A stretch of 64,000 bases of DNA from Candidatus Aminicenantes bacterium (GTDB lineage: Bacteria; Acidobacteriota; Aminicenantia; Aminicenantales; CAVYOD01). Below are positions 9,962-18,835 of this stretch, in pieces; within the stretch, counting starts at the first letter, position 1, and each line of letters begins with the position of its first letter. A model generated the notes under the pieces. It was not told where the DNA came from. It ran no database searches and saw only the letters and a list, made by a program, of their open reading frames with translations. The stretch is taken from assembly GCA_963701305.1 (NCBI GenBank), contig OY969586.1, forward strand, positions 3,863,937-3,927,936, in the 5' to 3' direction. Both the position numbers and the translations under genes were made by a program.

Positions 9962-10593
9962 CGGAGCAGGCTCCCGACCAGGCTCACGGCCGAGGCCGCG
10001 TCCGGGGCGTAGCCATCGGCCTTGATTTCGTCAGCATAGGATTTGGTAACAGGGGCCCCGCCGATGATAACCTTGACCTTCTTCCTCAGCCGGGCCGCCT
10101 CCAGGGCATCGATCACTTCTCTCATGTAACTCATCGTCGTGGTGAGGAGCGCCGAGAGGGCGACGACGTCGGGGTGTTCTTTTTTGGCTGAACTCAAGAC
10201 GCGCTCTTTGGAGACATCGACGCCGATGTCCAGGACCTCGTAACCCGCGCCTTCCAGCATCATTCCGACGATCTTTTTCCCGATATCATGGAGGTCTCCC
10301 TTGACTGTGGCCAGGACCACCTTGCCCTTGAATCGGAAGCCGGTCTGGGTCAAGGCCGGCCTCAATATTTCCAGGCCGGCGTTCATCGCCCGGGTGGCGA
10401 TGAGAACCTCGGGGATAAAAACCTCGTTCCTCTTGAATTTCTGGCCGATGGTGTTCATCCCCAGGACTAGGCCGACGTTTAAGACCCGATCCGGCGGGAC
10501 GGACGATACCAGAGCCCGGCGGACGAGTTCCTTGACGGCGGCCGAATCTCCATTTTCAACAGCAGAGGCGATGTCCTGGAGGAGCTTGATCAT
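9958..10593 (-). CDS. Small cobalamin-binding corrinoid protein (MtbC/MttC/MtgC-like)
   Basis: 211-aa ORF with an N-terminal helical cap domain and the B12-binding DxHxxG motif (GDLHDIGKK). Overlaps the RACo start by 4 nt (ATGA). Confidence 0.85.
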   Translation of the reverse strand: MIKLLQDIASAVENGDSAAVKELVRRALVSSVPPDRVLNVGLVLGMNTIGQKFKRNEVFIPEVLIATRAMNAGLEILRPALTQTGFRFKGKVVLATVKGDLHDIGKKIVGMMLEGAGYEVLDIGVDVSKERVLSSAKKEHPDVVALSALLTTTMSYMREVIDALEAARLRKKVKVIIGGAPVTKSYADEIKADGYAPDAASAVSLVGSLLR

Positions 10594-10648
10594 CGTGCAT
10601 ACTCTACCATATTTGCTCCGTCAAGGGGTAGCTTTTTTTACCCATCTC

Positions 10649-10688
10649 TTGTATAATTTGGCTAGATTTGCAGGGCAAAAAGAAGCGG
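10649..10688. promoter_or_regulatory. Copy 2 of the ~40-nt conserved element (divergent region between the corrinoid protein and the PocR-AraC gene)
   Basis: TTGTATAATTTGGCTAGATTTGCAGGGCAAAAAGAAGCGG. It contains TATAAT on the plus strand. On the minus strand it reads TTGCCC-N17-TATACA. Confidence 0.45.
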
Positions 10689-10693
10689 TCAAG

Positions 10694-11959
10694 ATGCAGC
10701 TCAAGACTTACATCTCCAAAGAAAAGTTCACACGGCTCGCCGGAGAATACCAGGCAAAAACAGGGCTGCCCCTGATTCTGGTCGACCCGGAGGGGAAAAT
10801 CGTGCGCAACGGAAGGAAGTGCGCTTTTTGCCGGAGATATGTTTCCGGCGGCAAAACCCAGCTTCTCCTGGCCTGCCGGGAGACCCTGGCGAAGGCGGTC
10901 CGAGAGTCCCACCGCTGGGGGGAGGGATACATCACGACCTGTCCCTTGGGTCTTATTCTCTTTGCAGTGCCGATCGTCTTCCATAAGAAGCTCATCGGCG
11001 GTTTCCTGAGCGGCTTCGCTATCTTTCCCGAGATGAGGAAGGATTTCCGGGAAGAAGTCCAGGAAAATCTGAAGAGGCTCTCGGGGTCGTCCCGGGCCCT
11101 CCAGGTTAATAGATTTGACGTCAAATCCTTCTCGCTCAAGAAAGTCAAAGGCTACGTCACCGACCTCCTAGCGCTGACCGGCTCCGCCCAGATCAACGAC
11201 CTGAGCTTTTTGAAGAAACGGAACGAACAGTATGTCCAGCAATACAAGATCGCCAATTTTCTCGAAGATCTCAAGAGAGACAACCCCGACATCTCCCGGA
11301 AGATCCTAGATAAGCAGGATGAGATCATCCGCAAGGTCAAGCTGGGAGACTCCAGCGGGGCCCGCGAGATCCTGAACGAATTCCTGGGCTCGATCTTCTT
11401 CGAGAGCGGCATGAATTTCGATGTCATCAAGGTCCGGATCATCGAACTCATCGTGATGATCTCCCGGGCGGCCATCGAAGCCGGGGCCGGAGCGGAGGAA
11501 CTGCTCGGTCTGAACTATTCTTATCTCACCGAGCTCAACAAAGTGACCGACCTCGAGGAGCTCCTTGACCAGGTCAAGTCGATCCTCGAAAATTTCATGG
11601 ACAAGGTCGCAACGATCAAGGACAAGAAGAGAAGCGTCCGACTCCAGAAAATGCGGGATTACATCAACCGGAATTTTACCCGCAAGATATCCGCCCGAGA
11701 TGTCGCCCGTGAGGCTGAGCTGAGTGTCGGACGCGCCCTCCACTTGTTCCGCGAAGGAACAGGACTCTCCCTTACGTCCTACATCAACAAGATGAAGATC
11801 GAGTACGCCCGCTACCTGCTTCTCAACACCGAGATCGCGCTGGCCGACCTGGCCGACGAGCTTGGTTATTTCGACCAGAGCCACTTCACCAAGAATTTCA
11901 AGCGACTCGAGAAGATCACCCCTTCGCATTTTCGCCTAAAGTTTAAGACGGAACTCTGA
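10694..11959 (+). CDS. AraC-family transcription regulator with N-terminal PocR sensory domain
   Basis: The protein from ATG 10694 begins MQLKTYISKEKFTRLAGEYQAKTGLPLILVDPEGK...CAFC, which is PocR-like. The C-terminus is an AraC-type HTH (DYINRNFTRKISARDVA...GYFDQSHFTKNFKR). The track ORF starting at 10301 overlaps the corrinoid gene and is an over-extension. Confidence 0.8.
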   Translation: MQLKTYISKEKFTRLAGEYQAKTGLPLILVDPEGKIVRNGRKCAFCRRYVSGGKTQLLLACRETLAKAVRESHRWGEGYITTCPLGLILFAVPIVFHKKLIGGFLSGFAIFPEMRKDFREEVQENLKRLSGSSRALQVNRFDVKSFSLKKVKGYVTDLLALTGSAQINDLSFLKKRNEQYVQQYKIANFLEDLKRDNPDISRKILDKQDEIIRKVKLGDSSGAREILNEFLGSIFFESGMNFDVIKVRIIELIVMISRAAIEAGAGAEELLGLNYSYLTELNKVTDLEELLDQVKSILENFMDKVATIKDKKRSVRLQKMRDYINRNFTRKISARDVAREAELSVGRALHLFREGTGLSLTSYINKMKIEYARYLLLNTEIALADLADELGYFDQSHFTKNFKRLEKITPSHFRLKFKTEL

Positions 11960-11988
11960 CGACGAGATGACGAGAGAGACGTCCCTGT

Positions 11989-12017
11989 TTGACAATTCAT
12001 GAAGATTGGTATAAACA
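11989..12017 (+). promoter_or_regulatory. Possible sigma70-type promoter of the D-aminoacylase operon
   Basis: TTGACA at 11989-11994 in the TTGACAATT context. TATAAA lies at 12010-12015, giving a short 15-nt spacing. Confidence 0.25.
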
Positions 12018-12098
12018 AAAATACTAACATGGAGATAAGGCCGTCCCCGGGCTCGGAAAGCGGGACGATTTTTCGAACTGCCGGAGGAGAAAAGAGAA

Positions 12099-13799
12099 AT
12101 GACCAAAGCGATGAACCGTCGGGATTTTATAAAAACTTCCGTCCAGGCCGGTGTCTTTCTGGGCGTCGGCGGAAAGGCCTTCGGGTCGGGCAAACCGAAC
12201 GCTCCGCCTGCCTTTGATATGATCATCAAGGGCGGAACGGTGGTCGATGGCCTGACCGAAAACGCCCTCAAGGTCGACCTCGGAATCATCGGAGAACAGA
12301 TTCAGGCCCTGGGCGATCTTCGCGGCGCCATCGGAAAACTTATGATCGATGCAACCGGCAGAGTCGTTTCACCCGGGTTCATCGACATCCACGCCCACTC
12401 GGACGCCGCCCAGGTCCTCCTCAACCCGAAGTGCGAAAGCAAAATTCGGCAGGGCGTGACGACCGAGCTCACCGGAAACTGCGGAGGCTCTTCATTTCCC
12501 TTGAAGCCGGAAGCCTCTGATGAAGAAAAGGAGTTCTTGGCAAAAGTCAATCTGACCAGAGATTGGCAAAACCTGGAGGGATATTTTGCCCGTGTCAAAA
12601 AGGGAGGAGTCGCTTTCAATTACGCGACTCTTGTCGGGCAGGGGACCATCCGGAGCCTGATCATGAATGAGGACCGAAGAAAGCCCACGGCCGACGAGTT
12701 GGACAGGATGAAAAAGTTTGTCGCCGAAGCCATGGAGCAGGGAGCCGTGGGCATTTCCAGTGGTTTGGAATATACCCCAAGCGGATTCGCTTCGACCGAG
12801 GAGATGGTCGAACTCTGCCGGGTGGCTGCGCCATACGGCGGATTCTATGCGACCCACGTCCGGAGTGAAGACCAGGCCGTCGTCGAAGCGATCGCCGAGT
12901 CCATCCACATCGCCGAGTCCGCCGGGCTGCCGCTCCAAATCTCCCATTTTAAATCCTGCGGGAGGACGAATTGGTGGAAAGTGCCCATGCTCATCGACCT
13001 TGTCGAGAAGGCCCAACAGAAAGGCCTGAAGGTAACCGCCGACCGCTATCCGTATACGGCCTACAGCACCGGCCTTTCTATAAATTTCCCCCGCTGGGCG
13101 ATGGACGGCGGAAGCGAAGCCCTCGTTAAGAGGCTAAAAGACCCGGAGCTGAGACGGAAGATGCGGGATGAGACCATGGAAAAGATGGAAGGGACCTCCT
13201 GGGAGGACATTCTGATCGTTGACGCCAATAACGAATCCGATAAAAAATTTATCGGCAAGCGGATCAGCGAGGCCGCGGCCGAGATGCATCAGGATCCGTA
13301 TGAATTTTCCTGCGACCTGATCGTCGAAGAGGGTGGCAATGTCGACATTGTCGGGTTCGGGATGAACGACGAGACCACGGAACTCGTCCTCCGACACCCG
13401 CTCGTCATGCTCTGTTCGGACGGGTTCGCTCTCGCCCCTTACGGCCCCCTCCATCGCGGCATGCCCCATCCTCGGAACTACGGGACCTTCCCTCGTTTTC
13501 TCAGGATGTATGTCCGGGAGAAAAAGCTCGTATCTCTCCCTGTTGCCATTAAGAAAATGACTTCTATGCCGGCGGCCAAGCTCGGGCTTAAAGACCGGGG
13601 GGCGATCAAAAAAGGCAACTTTGCCGACATCGTCGTCTTCGACCCCTTGACGATCGCGGACAAAGCGACCTACACCGAGCCAGAGCAATATCCGGTGGGG
13701 ATCGATTATGTGATCGTCAATGGCAAAGTCGTGATCGACCACGGCAACCACACCGGGGTCCTGCCGGGAAAGATCCTTTACGGCCCCGGAAAAAAATGA
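12099..13799 (+). CDS. N-acyl-D-amino-acid deacylase (D-aminoacylase) family amidohydrolase with Tat-type signal
   Basis: 566 aa. The N-terminus MTKAMNRRDFIKTSVQAGVFLGVGG is a twin-arginine motif. Metal motif GFIDIHAHSD. SD sequence GGAGGAG lies upstream. Confidence 0.8.
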   Translation: MTKAMNRRDFIKTSVQAGVFLGVGGKAFGSGKPNAPPAFDMIIKGGTVVDGLTENALKVDLGIIGEQIQALGDLRGAIGKLMIDATGRVVSPGFIDIHAHSDAAQVLLNPKCESKIRQGVTTELTGNCGGSSFPLKPEASDEEKEFLAKVNLTRDWQNLEGYFARVKKGGVAFNYATLVGQGTIRSLIMNEDRRKPTADELDRMKKFVAEAMEQGAVGISSGLEYTPSGFASTEEMVELCRVAAPYGGFYATHVRSEDQAVVEAIAESIHIAESAGLPLQISHFKSCGRTNWWKVPMLIDLVEKAQQKGLKVTADRYPYTAYSTGLSINFPRWAMDGGSEALVKRLKDPELRRKMRDETMEKMEGTSWEDILIVDANNESDKKFIGKRISEAAAEMHQDPYEFSCDLIVEEGGNVDIVGFGMNDETTELVLRHPLVMLCSDGFALAPYGPLHRGMPHPRNYGTFPRFLRMYVREKKLVSLPVAIKKMTSMPAAKLGLKDRGAIKKGNFADIVVFDPLTIADKATYTEPEQYPVGIDYVIVNGKVVIDHGNHTGVLPGKILYGPGKK

Positions 13800-14878
13800 C
13801 AGGGAAGACCCCCAGGCTGGAGATCGATCTGGCCAAGATCGGCCACAACGTACGCAAATTGATCGAGCTCTACGGCGCGAAGGGCATCAAGACCTTCATG
13901 GGGGTAACCAAGGGCGTCTGCGCCGATCCGACGATCGCAGCCGTGTTCAAGAAAAACGGCATATCCGTCCTGGCCGATTCGCGAATCCTCAATCTTCGGC
14001 GGCTGCAAGATGCAGGCCTCCCCGGCCCGTACCTTCTCCTCCGGCTGCCCGCCCTGAGCGAAGCCGAGGATGTGGTCCGGTACGCTGATCTCAGCCTCAA
14101 TTCCGAGACCGCGGTTATTCGGAGGCTGTCGGCGGCGGCGCTCGAAATCCGGCGCGTGCACAAGATTATCTTGATGGTTGAGTTGGGCGATCTGAGGGAA
14201 GGAATCATGCCCTCGGATCTGGACGCGGCGGCCCGCGAAGTCCTCCCTTTAAAAGGAGTCGAGCTCGCCGGCATCGGGACGAATCTCGGCTGTTTCGGAG
14301 GAGTCGAAGCCGATGAGAAAAACATGTCACTTCTCTCGTCTCTTGCCGAGGGATTAGAAAACAAGTTCCGCATCGAGCTCGAGTACGTTTCGATCGGCTG
14401 TTCGAACGTCTATTCCTGGCTCAAGGCCGTCCGGGAAACCAAGAGGATCGACAACGTCCGGGTGGGAGACTCACTACTTCTCGGAGGACGCGACCTCAGG
14501 GAGCACGGTATTCCCGGCCTTCATTATGACGCCTTCTCGCTCATCGCCGAAGTCATCGAAGCGAAGGTCAAGCCGTCCGTACCCTGGGGAGCGATCGGGC
14601 TGGATGCCTTCGGAAGCATCCCGAAATTTACGGACCGGGGCGAAATAAGAAGGCTCATCCTCAACGCCGGCCGGCAGGATTTCTACTTCGGCCTGCTCTA
14701 CCCACGGGTGGATATCGAGATTCTCGGCGCCAGCAGCGATCATTTGATTGCCGATGGAAAGAGCTCCGGGCTCGAAGTCGGCGATGAGGTCGCCTTCGAC
14801 CTCGATTACGGGGCCATGCTCGTGGCCGCAACCTCACCTTATGTCCAAAAAGTCTATCTCAACGGAGAGGGCAGCTAA
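13796..14878 (+). CDS. Alanine/ornithine racemase family PLP enzyme (Orr/YhfX-like TIM-barrel)
   Basis: 360 aa. Candidate PLP lysine lies in the GVTKGV context. The start overlaps the deacylase stop (ATGA). Confidence 0.65.
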   Translation: MTGKTPRLEIDLAKIGHNVRKLIELYGAKGIKTFMGVTKGVCADPTIAAVFKKNGISVLADSRILNLRRLQDAGLPGPYLLLRLPALSEAEDVVRYADLSLNSETAVIRRLSAAALEIRRVHKIILMVELGDLREGIMPSDLDAAAREVLPLKGVELAGIGTNLGCFGGVEADEKNMSLLSSLAEGLENKFRIELEYVSIGCSNVYSWLKAVRETKRIDNVRVGDSLLLGGRDLREHGIPGLHYDAFSLIAEVIEAKVKPSVPWGAIGLDAFGSIPKFTDRGEIRRLILNAGRQDFYFGLLYPRVDIEILGASSDHLIADGKSSGLEVGDEVAFDLDYGAMLVAATSPYVQKVYLNGEGS

Positions 14879-14902
14879 TAAAAATCCGAAGGGAGGCCAA
14901 TC

Positions 14903-16924
14903 ATGAGAAAATCACTCGCCCCTTTTCTCTGCTTTCTTTTGACCTACGCCTGGCTCGCGGCTGAAGGCAAAAGAAAATTCAGGGTCGACGACAATTTTAG
15001 ATTCAAGTCCATCTCCGACATCCGCATCTCGCCCCAGGGCCAGAAAATCGCCTTCGTCTTGACCGAGACCGTCCCTGTCGAGGGAAAGGAAGGCGAGCTC
15101 AAGCGGACTCATGATATCTACATGGTGACCCCGCCTGATGGCGAGGTCCATCGGCTGACGAGCCACGAAAAAGGATCGTCCAGACCGCGCTGGTCACCGG
15201 ACGGAAGATATCTCGCCTTTGTCTCGAGCCGAACCAAAGAGAGCCAGATCTGGCTCCTGGATATGGCCCTGGGCGGTGAAGCGAAGCAGCTCACCGACTG
15301 GGAGCCTGGGGTGGGCGAGTTCGCCTGGTCGCCTGATTCCAAGCGGATCGCCTTCATCTCGACCGACCCCAAGGATCCCAAGGAAGAGAAGGACAAAACC
15401 AAAAAACCGAAAAAGGACGATCCTTATGTCATCACCCGGACGAAATATCTCTATGACGGCGAAGGCTATTTTGGCGATCCCCGGGAATGGAGCCATGTCT
15501 GGGTCCTGTCCGTTGACCAGCCCAAGGCGCCCAAGAAGCTAAGCGACGGGAATTTTGATGACCAGACGATTGAGTGGTCGCCCGACGGCACCCAGATCGC
15601 TTTTGTCTCAAACCGTACCGGCGACGACGACAATAACGATGACGAAGACATCTGGGTTGTTCCCGCACAGGGCGGAGAAGTCAAGAAACTGACGATGAAC
15701 CAGGGCGCGGACAGCTCCCCGCGCTGGTCACCTGACGGAAAATTCATCGCCTATCTTTCTTCTCCTGAGCCCAATAATTTCTACAAGCTCAGGCACCTGA
15801 AGATTATGCCCGCCCAGGGCGGAGAGCCGCGCGCTCTGGGTCAGGACCTGGACCGCGAAATCACCCATTTCCTTTGGAGCCCGGACGGCCAGTTCCTCTA
15901 TGCGATCGTCCCCGACAAAGCGCGCGAGCCCATTTACAAATTCTCAGTCAAGAAAGGAGAGCGGGCCGAAGTCATCGGAGGCGAGAGGCGGTTCGCAGGA
16001 CTAACGATCTCGAAAGACGGCAAGCTTATGACCTTCACCTGCGAAGACAATGATAACCCCGAAGAGCTTTTTACCGCTTCGATTGACGGCAAGGCCCTGG
16101 TCCAGAGGACCCACCTGAACAAGCCGGTCATGGATGAGCTACTCATCGGCTCGACCGAGAAAGTCCAGTTTAAGAATCCGGACGGTCAGATAGGGGAGGG
16201 GTTTGTCATCAAACCGCCGGACTTTGACGCTCAAAAGAAGTATCCGCTCATTCTCAAGATCCACGGCGGCCCGCAGGGAACGGATGGCAACTATTTTTAC
16301 CCCGAGGGACAGTGGTATGCGGCGAACGGTTATGTTGTGCTCCTTGTTAACTACCGGGGAAGCTCGGATTATGGGGAAGATTGGCAGGCCTCGATCGCCG
16401 GCAATTGGTATTTCAAAGAGTATGATGACCTCATGGCGGCTGTGGATGTGATGTGCCAGAAGGGTTACGTCGATGCCAAGCGGCTTTTTGTGACAGGAGT
16501 CAGCTACGGGGGAATCATGACCGACTGGATCGTCGGCCACACCGACCGGTTTGCGGCGGCGGTTTCGGAGCGGAGCACGGTTGACAACGCTTCCTGCTTT
16601 GGTGTTGACGATTGCTATTTGCAGTACGAAAAAGATTTTGGCCTGCCCTATGACGAGGCGAATCTTGCCATCTATCGTAAAACGTCCCCAATCTCATATA
16701 TCAAGAATTGCCGGACTCCTATTTTGCTCATGCAATGCATCGAAGACCACCGCTGTCCCTTGCCGCAGGCGCTCCAATTTTATATGGGTTTGAAGAAGCT
16801 CAAGCAGGCAGAAGTCCAGATGGTCCTTTACCCCAGAGAATCGCACGGTATCCGCGAATTTCCCCACCTGGCCGACCGGCTGAAGAGAATCGTCACCTGG
16901 TTCGACAATTACCAGAAAAAATAG
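14903..16924 (+). CDS. S9 family serine peptidase (prolyl oligopeptidase/acylaminoacyl peptidase type) with N-terminal beta-propeller
   Basis: 673 aa with a signal peptide. Repeated RWSPDG propeller motifs and nucleophile elbow GVSYGG. Confidence 0.85.
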   Translation: MRKSLAPFLCFLLTYAWLAAEGKRKFRVDDNFRFKSISDIRISPQGQKIAFVLTETVPVEGKEGELKRTHDIYMVTPPDGEVHRLTSHEKGSSRPRWSPDGRYLAFVSSRTKESQIWLLDMALGGEAKQLTDWEPGVGEFAWSPDSKRIAFISTDPKDPKEEKDKTKKPKKDDPYVITRTKYLYDGEGYFGDPREWSHVWVLSVDQPKAPKKLSDGNFDDQTIEWSPDGTQIAFVSNRTGDDDNNDDEDIWVVPAQGGEVKKLTMNQGADSSPRWSPDGKFIAYLSSPEPNNFYKLRHLKIMPAQGGEPRALGQDLDREITHFLWSPDGQFLYAIVPDKAREPIYKFSVKKGERAEVIGGERRFAGLTISKDGKLMTFTCEDNDNPEELFTASIDGKALVQRTHLNKPVMDELLIGSTEKVQFKNPDGQIGEGFVIKPPDFDAQKKYPLILKIHGGPQGTDGNYFYPEGQWYAANGYVVLLVNYRGSSDYGEDWQASIAGNWYFKEYDDLMAAVDVMCQKGYVDAKRLFVTGVSYGGIMTDWIVGHTDRFAAAVSERSTVDNASCFGVDDCYLQYEKDFGLPYDEANLAIYRKTSPISYIKNCRTPILLMQCIEDHRCPLPQALQFYMGLKKLKQAEVQMVLYPRESHGIREFPHLADRLKRIVTWFDNYQKK

Positions 16925-16971
16925 AGGAGAGACGAACCGGCTTGATGATCGCGATAAGGAGGGAAAGCGAT

Positions 16972-17481
16972 ATGAATACATCTCAAGAGTCAAAACCTGA
17001 TCCGCGGCTCTCAAAAGCGGAGTCGAGCAGCAAGCGTGGAGTTATTTTGTGGGTGCTCGGATCGCTGGCCGTCGTCGTTTTGGTCATTGCCGTCGTGGTT
17101 GCCATCAGGATAGCTCACAAGAACCCCACGACGGCAACTCCTGACTTCGCAACCACACGCTCTTCGGATCAGCGATTATACAAGGTTTCATTCAAGAGCG
17201 CGCTCGAGCCGATTCCCATCAACGAAATCCACACCTGGACGATCCATCTGGAGACCTCGGCTGGAAAGCCCCTGGAAAATGCGAAAATCCTCGTCGATGG
17301 TTTGATGCCGGAGCACGGCCACGGCTTGCCTACCGAGCCTCAGGTTACTAATTATCTTGGCAATGGCGACTACACCGTGGAAGGTATGAAGTTCCAGATG
17401 GCCGGATGGTGGCAGGTGAATTTCCACGTTGCTGCGGACGGGCAGAGCGACAAGGTAACATTCAACCTGATGCTGAAATAG
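16972..17481 (+). CDS. Membrane-anchored YtkA/FixH-like domain protein
   Basis: ATG 16972 is preceded by AAGGAGGG. One TM helix ([22 protein letters not shown]). YtkA-like pattern MPEHGHGL...[16 protein letters not shown]. The track start at 16708 overlaps the S9 gene. Confidence 0.55.
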   Translation: MNTSQESKPDPRLSKAESSSKRGVILWVLGSLAVVVLVIAVVVAIRIAHKNPTTATPDFATTRSSDQRLYKVSFKSALEPIPINEIHTWTIHLETSAGKPLENAKILVDGLMPEHGHGLPTEPQVTNYLGNGDYTVEGMKFQMAGWWQVNFHVAADGQSDKVTFNLMLK

Positions 17482-17499
17482 GCTGATGCTCAGACAGGT

Positions 17500-18774
17500 G
17501 TGACCCTGAGAACCCGGCATCCTCTGATTTTGGTCCTAGTTCTGGGCGCATTGGCCGCCGCCTTCCCCGCTTGTGGGGCCAACCCGCATCACTGGAGCGC
17601 CGAAGAAAGGATGACCCTCCGGTCACTTTGGATCGGAAGCCTCAAACCGTTGCCGTCCGATCCATCCAACAGGCATGCCGACGATCTGAGGGCGGCCAGG
17701 CTGGGCCAGAAGCTATTCTTCGATACCCGGTTCAGCGGCAACGGCAAAGTTGCCTGTTCGACATGTCATCACCCCGATCAACTGTTCCAAGACGGCCTGC
17801 CTCTGGCCATAGGTATGGGCACGACCACGAGGCGCACGCTGACGATCATCGGCACGGCCTACAGCCCCTGGCTCTTCTGGGATGGCCGCACGGACAGTCA
17901 GTGGTCGCAGGCAACCGATCCAATGGAGAGCCCGGATGAACATGGCGGCACGCGCGGACAATATGCGCACTTAATCGCCGATTTCTATCGAACGGAATAT
18001 GAAATCATCTTCGGCCCTCTGCCTGACCTGTCCGATACGCGGCGGTTTCCGCGCGTGGCAGGTCCGGTTGATAATCAAGCGGCCAGCAAGCCATGGAACG
18101 CAATGCGGCCTGAGGATCGCATGTCTGTGTCGCGTGTCTACGCCAACATGGGCAAAGCCATTGCTGCCTATGAGCGCAAGATCATGCCCGGTCCCTCGCG
18201 CTTCGATCAATACGTTGAGGCCGTCCTCAAGGACGATCTAAGGAAAGCCAGATCCATGCTTATGCCCCATGAGGTTGCGGGGCTAAGGTTGTTCATTAGC
18301 AAAGGGGAGTGCACAAAGTGCCATAACGGCCCGCTCTTTACCAACAATGACTTTCATAACACAGGCGTGCCGGCCGCACCTGACCTGCCCGCGGACATCG
18401 GCCGAGCGAAGGGTGCAATCCAGGTGCTCAAGGATGAGTTTAACTGCCTGGGTCCGTTCAGCGACGCGAGCAGGGACGATTGCCCCGAGTTACGCTTCAT
18501 GGTGGTCGCTGAAAAGCGCTTGCTGGGTCAGTTCAAGCCGCCGTCGTTGCGAAATGTGGCCGAACGTGCGCCCTACATGCACGCCGGACAGTTTAAGATC
18601 TTGGAAGAGGTTCTGGGCCACTACAACAGGGCGCCGGCCGCGTCAGTCGGCCAAAGCGAGCTTAAACCGTTGGGTCTAATGGACACAGAAATCCCTGATC
18701 TGATCGCTTTTCTGAAAACATTGAGCGGCCCACTGGCGACCGACCCCATGTGGCTTGTGCCGCCGAAGAAATAA
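17500..18774 (+). CDS. Di-haem cytochrome c peroxidase / MauG family protein
   Basis: Two CxxCH motifs (CSTCHH, CTKCHN) plus the PSLRNVAERAPYMHAGQF signature. GTG start and an N-terminal signal sequence. Confidence 0.8.
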   Translation: MTLRTRHPLILVLVLGALAAAFPACGANPHHWSAEERMTLRSLWIGSLKPLPSDPSNRHADDLRAARLGQKLFFDTRFSGNGKVACSTCHHPDQLFQDGLPLAIGMGTTTRRTLTIIGTAYSPWLFWDGRTDSQWSQATDPMESPDEHGGTRGQYAHLIADFYRTEYEIIFGPLPDLSDTRRFPRVAGPVDNQAASKPWNAMRPEDRMSVSRVYANMGKAIAAYERKIMPGPSRFDQYVEAVLKDDLRKARSMLMPHEVAGLRLFISKGECTKCHNGPLFTNNDFHNTGVPAAPDLPADIGRAKGAIQVLKDEFNCLGPFSDASRDDCPELRFMVVAEKRLLGQFKPPSLRNVAERAPYMHAGQFKILEEVLGHYNRAPAASVGQSELKPLGLMDTEIPDLIAFLKTLSGPLATDPMWLVPPKK

Positions 18775-18835
18775 CACGTAACTTCTGCTTCAGGCGGGAA
18801 AAAAGAATCGAGAACTATATTGGGCGCGGGCCGAA

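Noticed and set aside
10301-10693. N-terminal 131-codon extension of the AraC/PocR ORF.
   Set aside because: It overlaps the corrinoid-protein gene on the other strand and reads as shadow sequence. The PocR domain begins right after ATG 10694, which lies downstream of a TATAAT box.
16708-16971. Upstream extension of the YtkA-like ORF.
   Set aside because: It overlaps the 3' end of the S9 peptidase gene in another frame. ATG 16972 has a strong SD sequence (AAGGAGGG).
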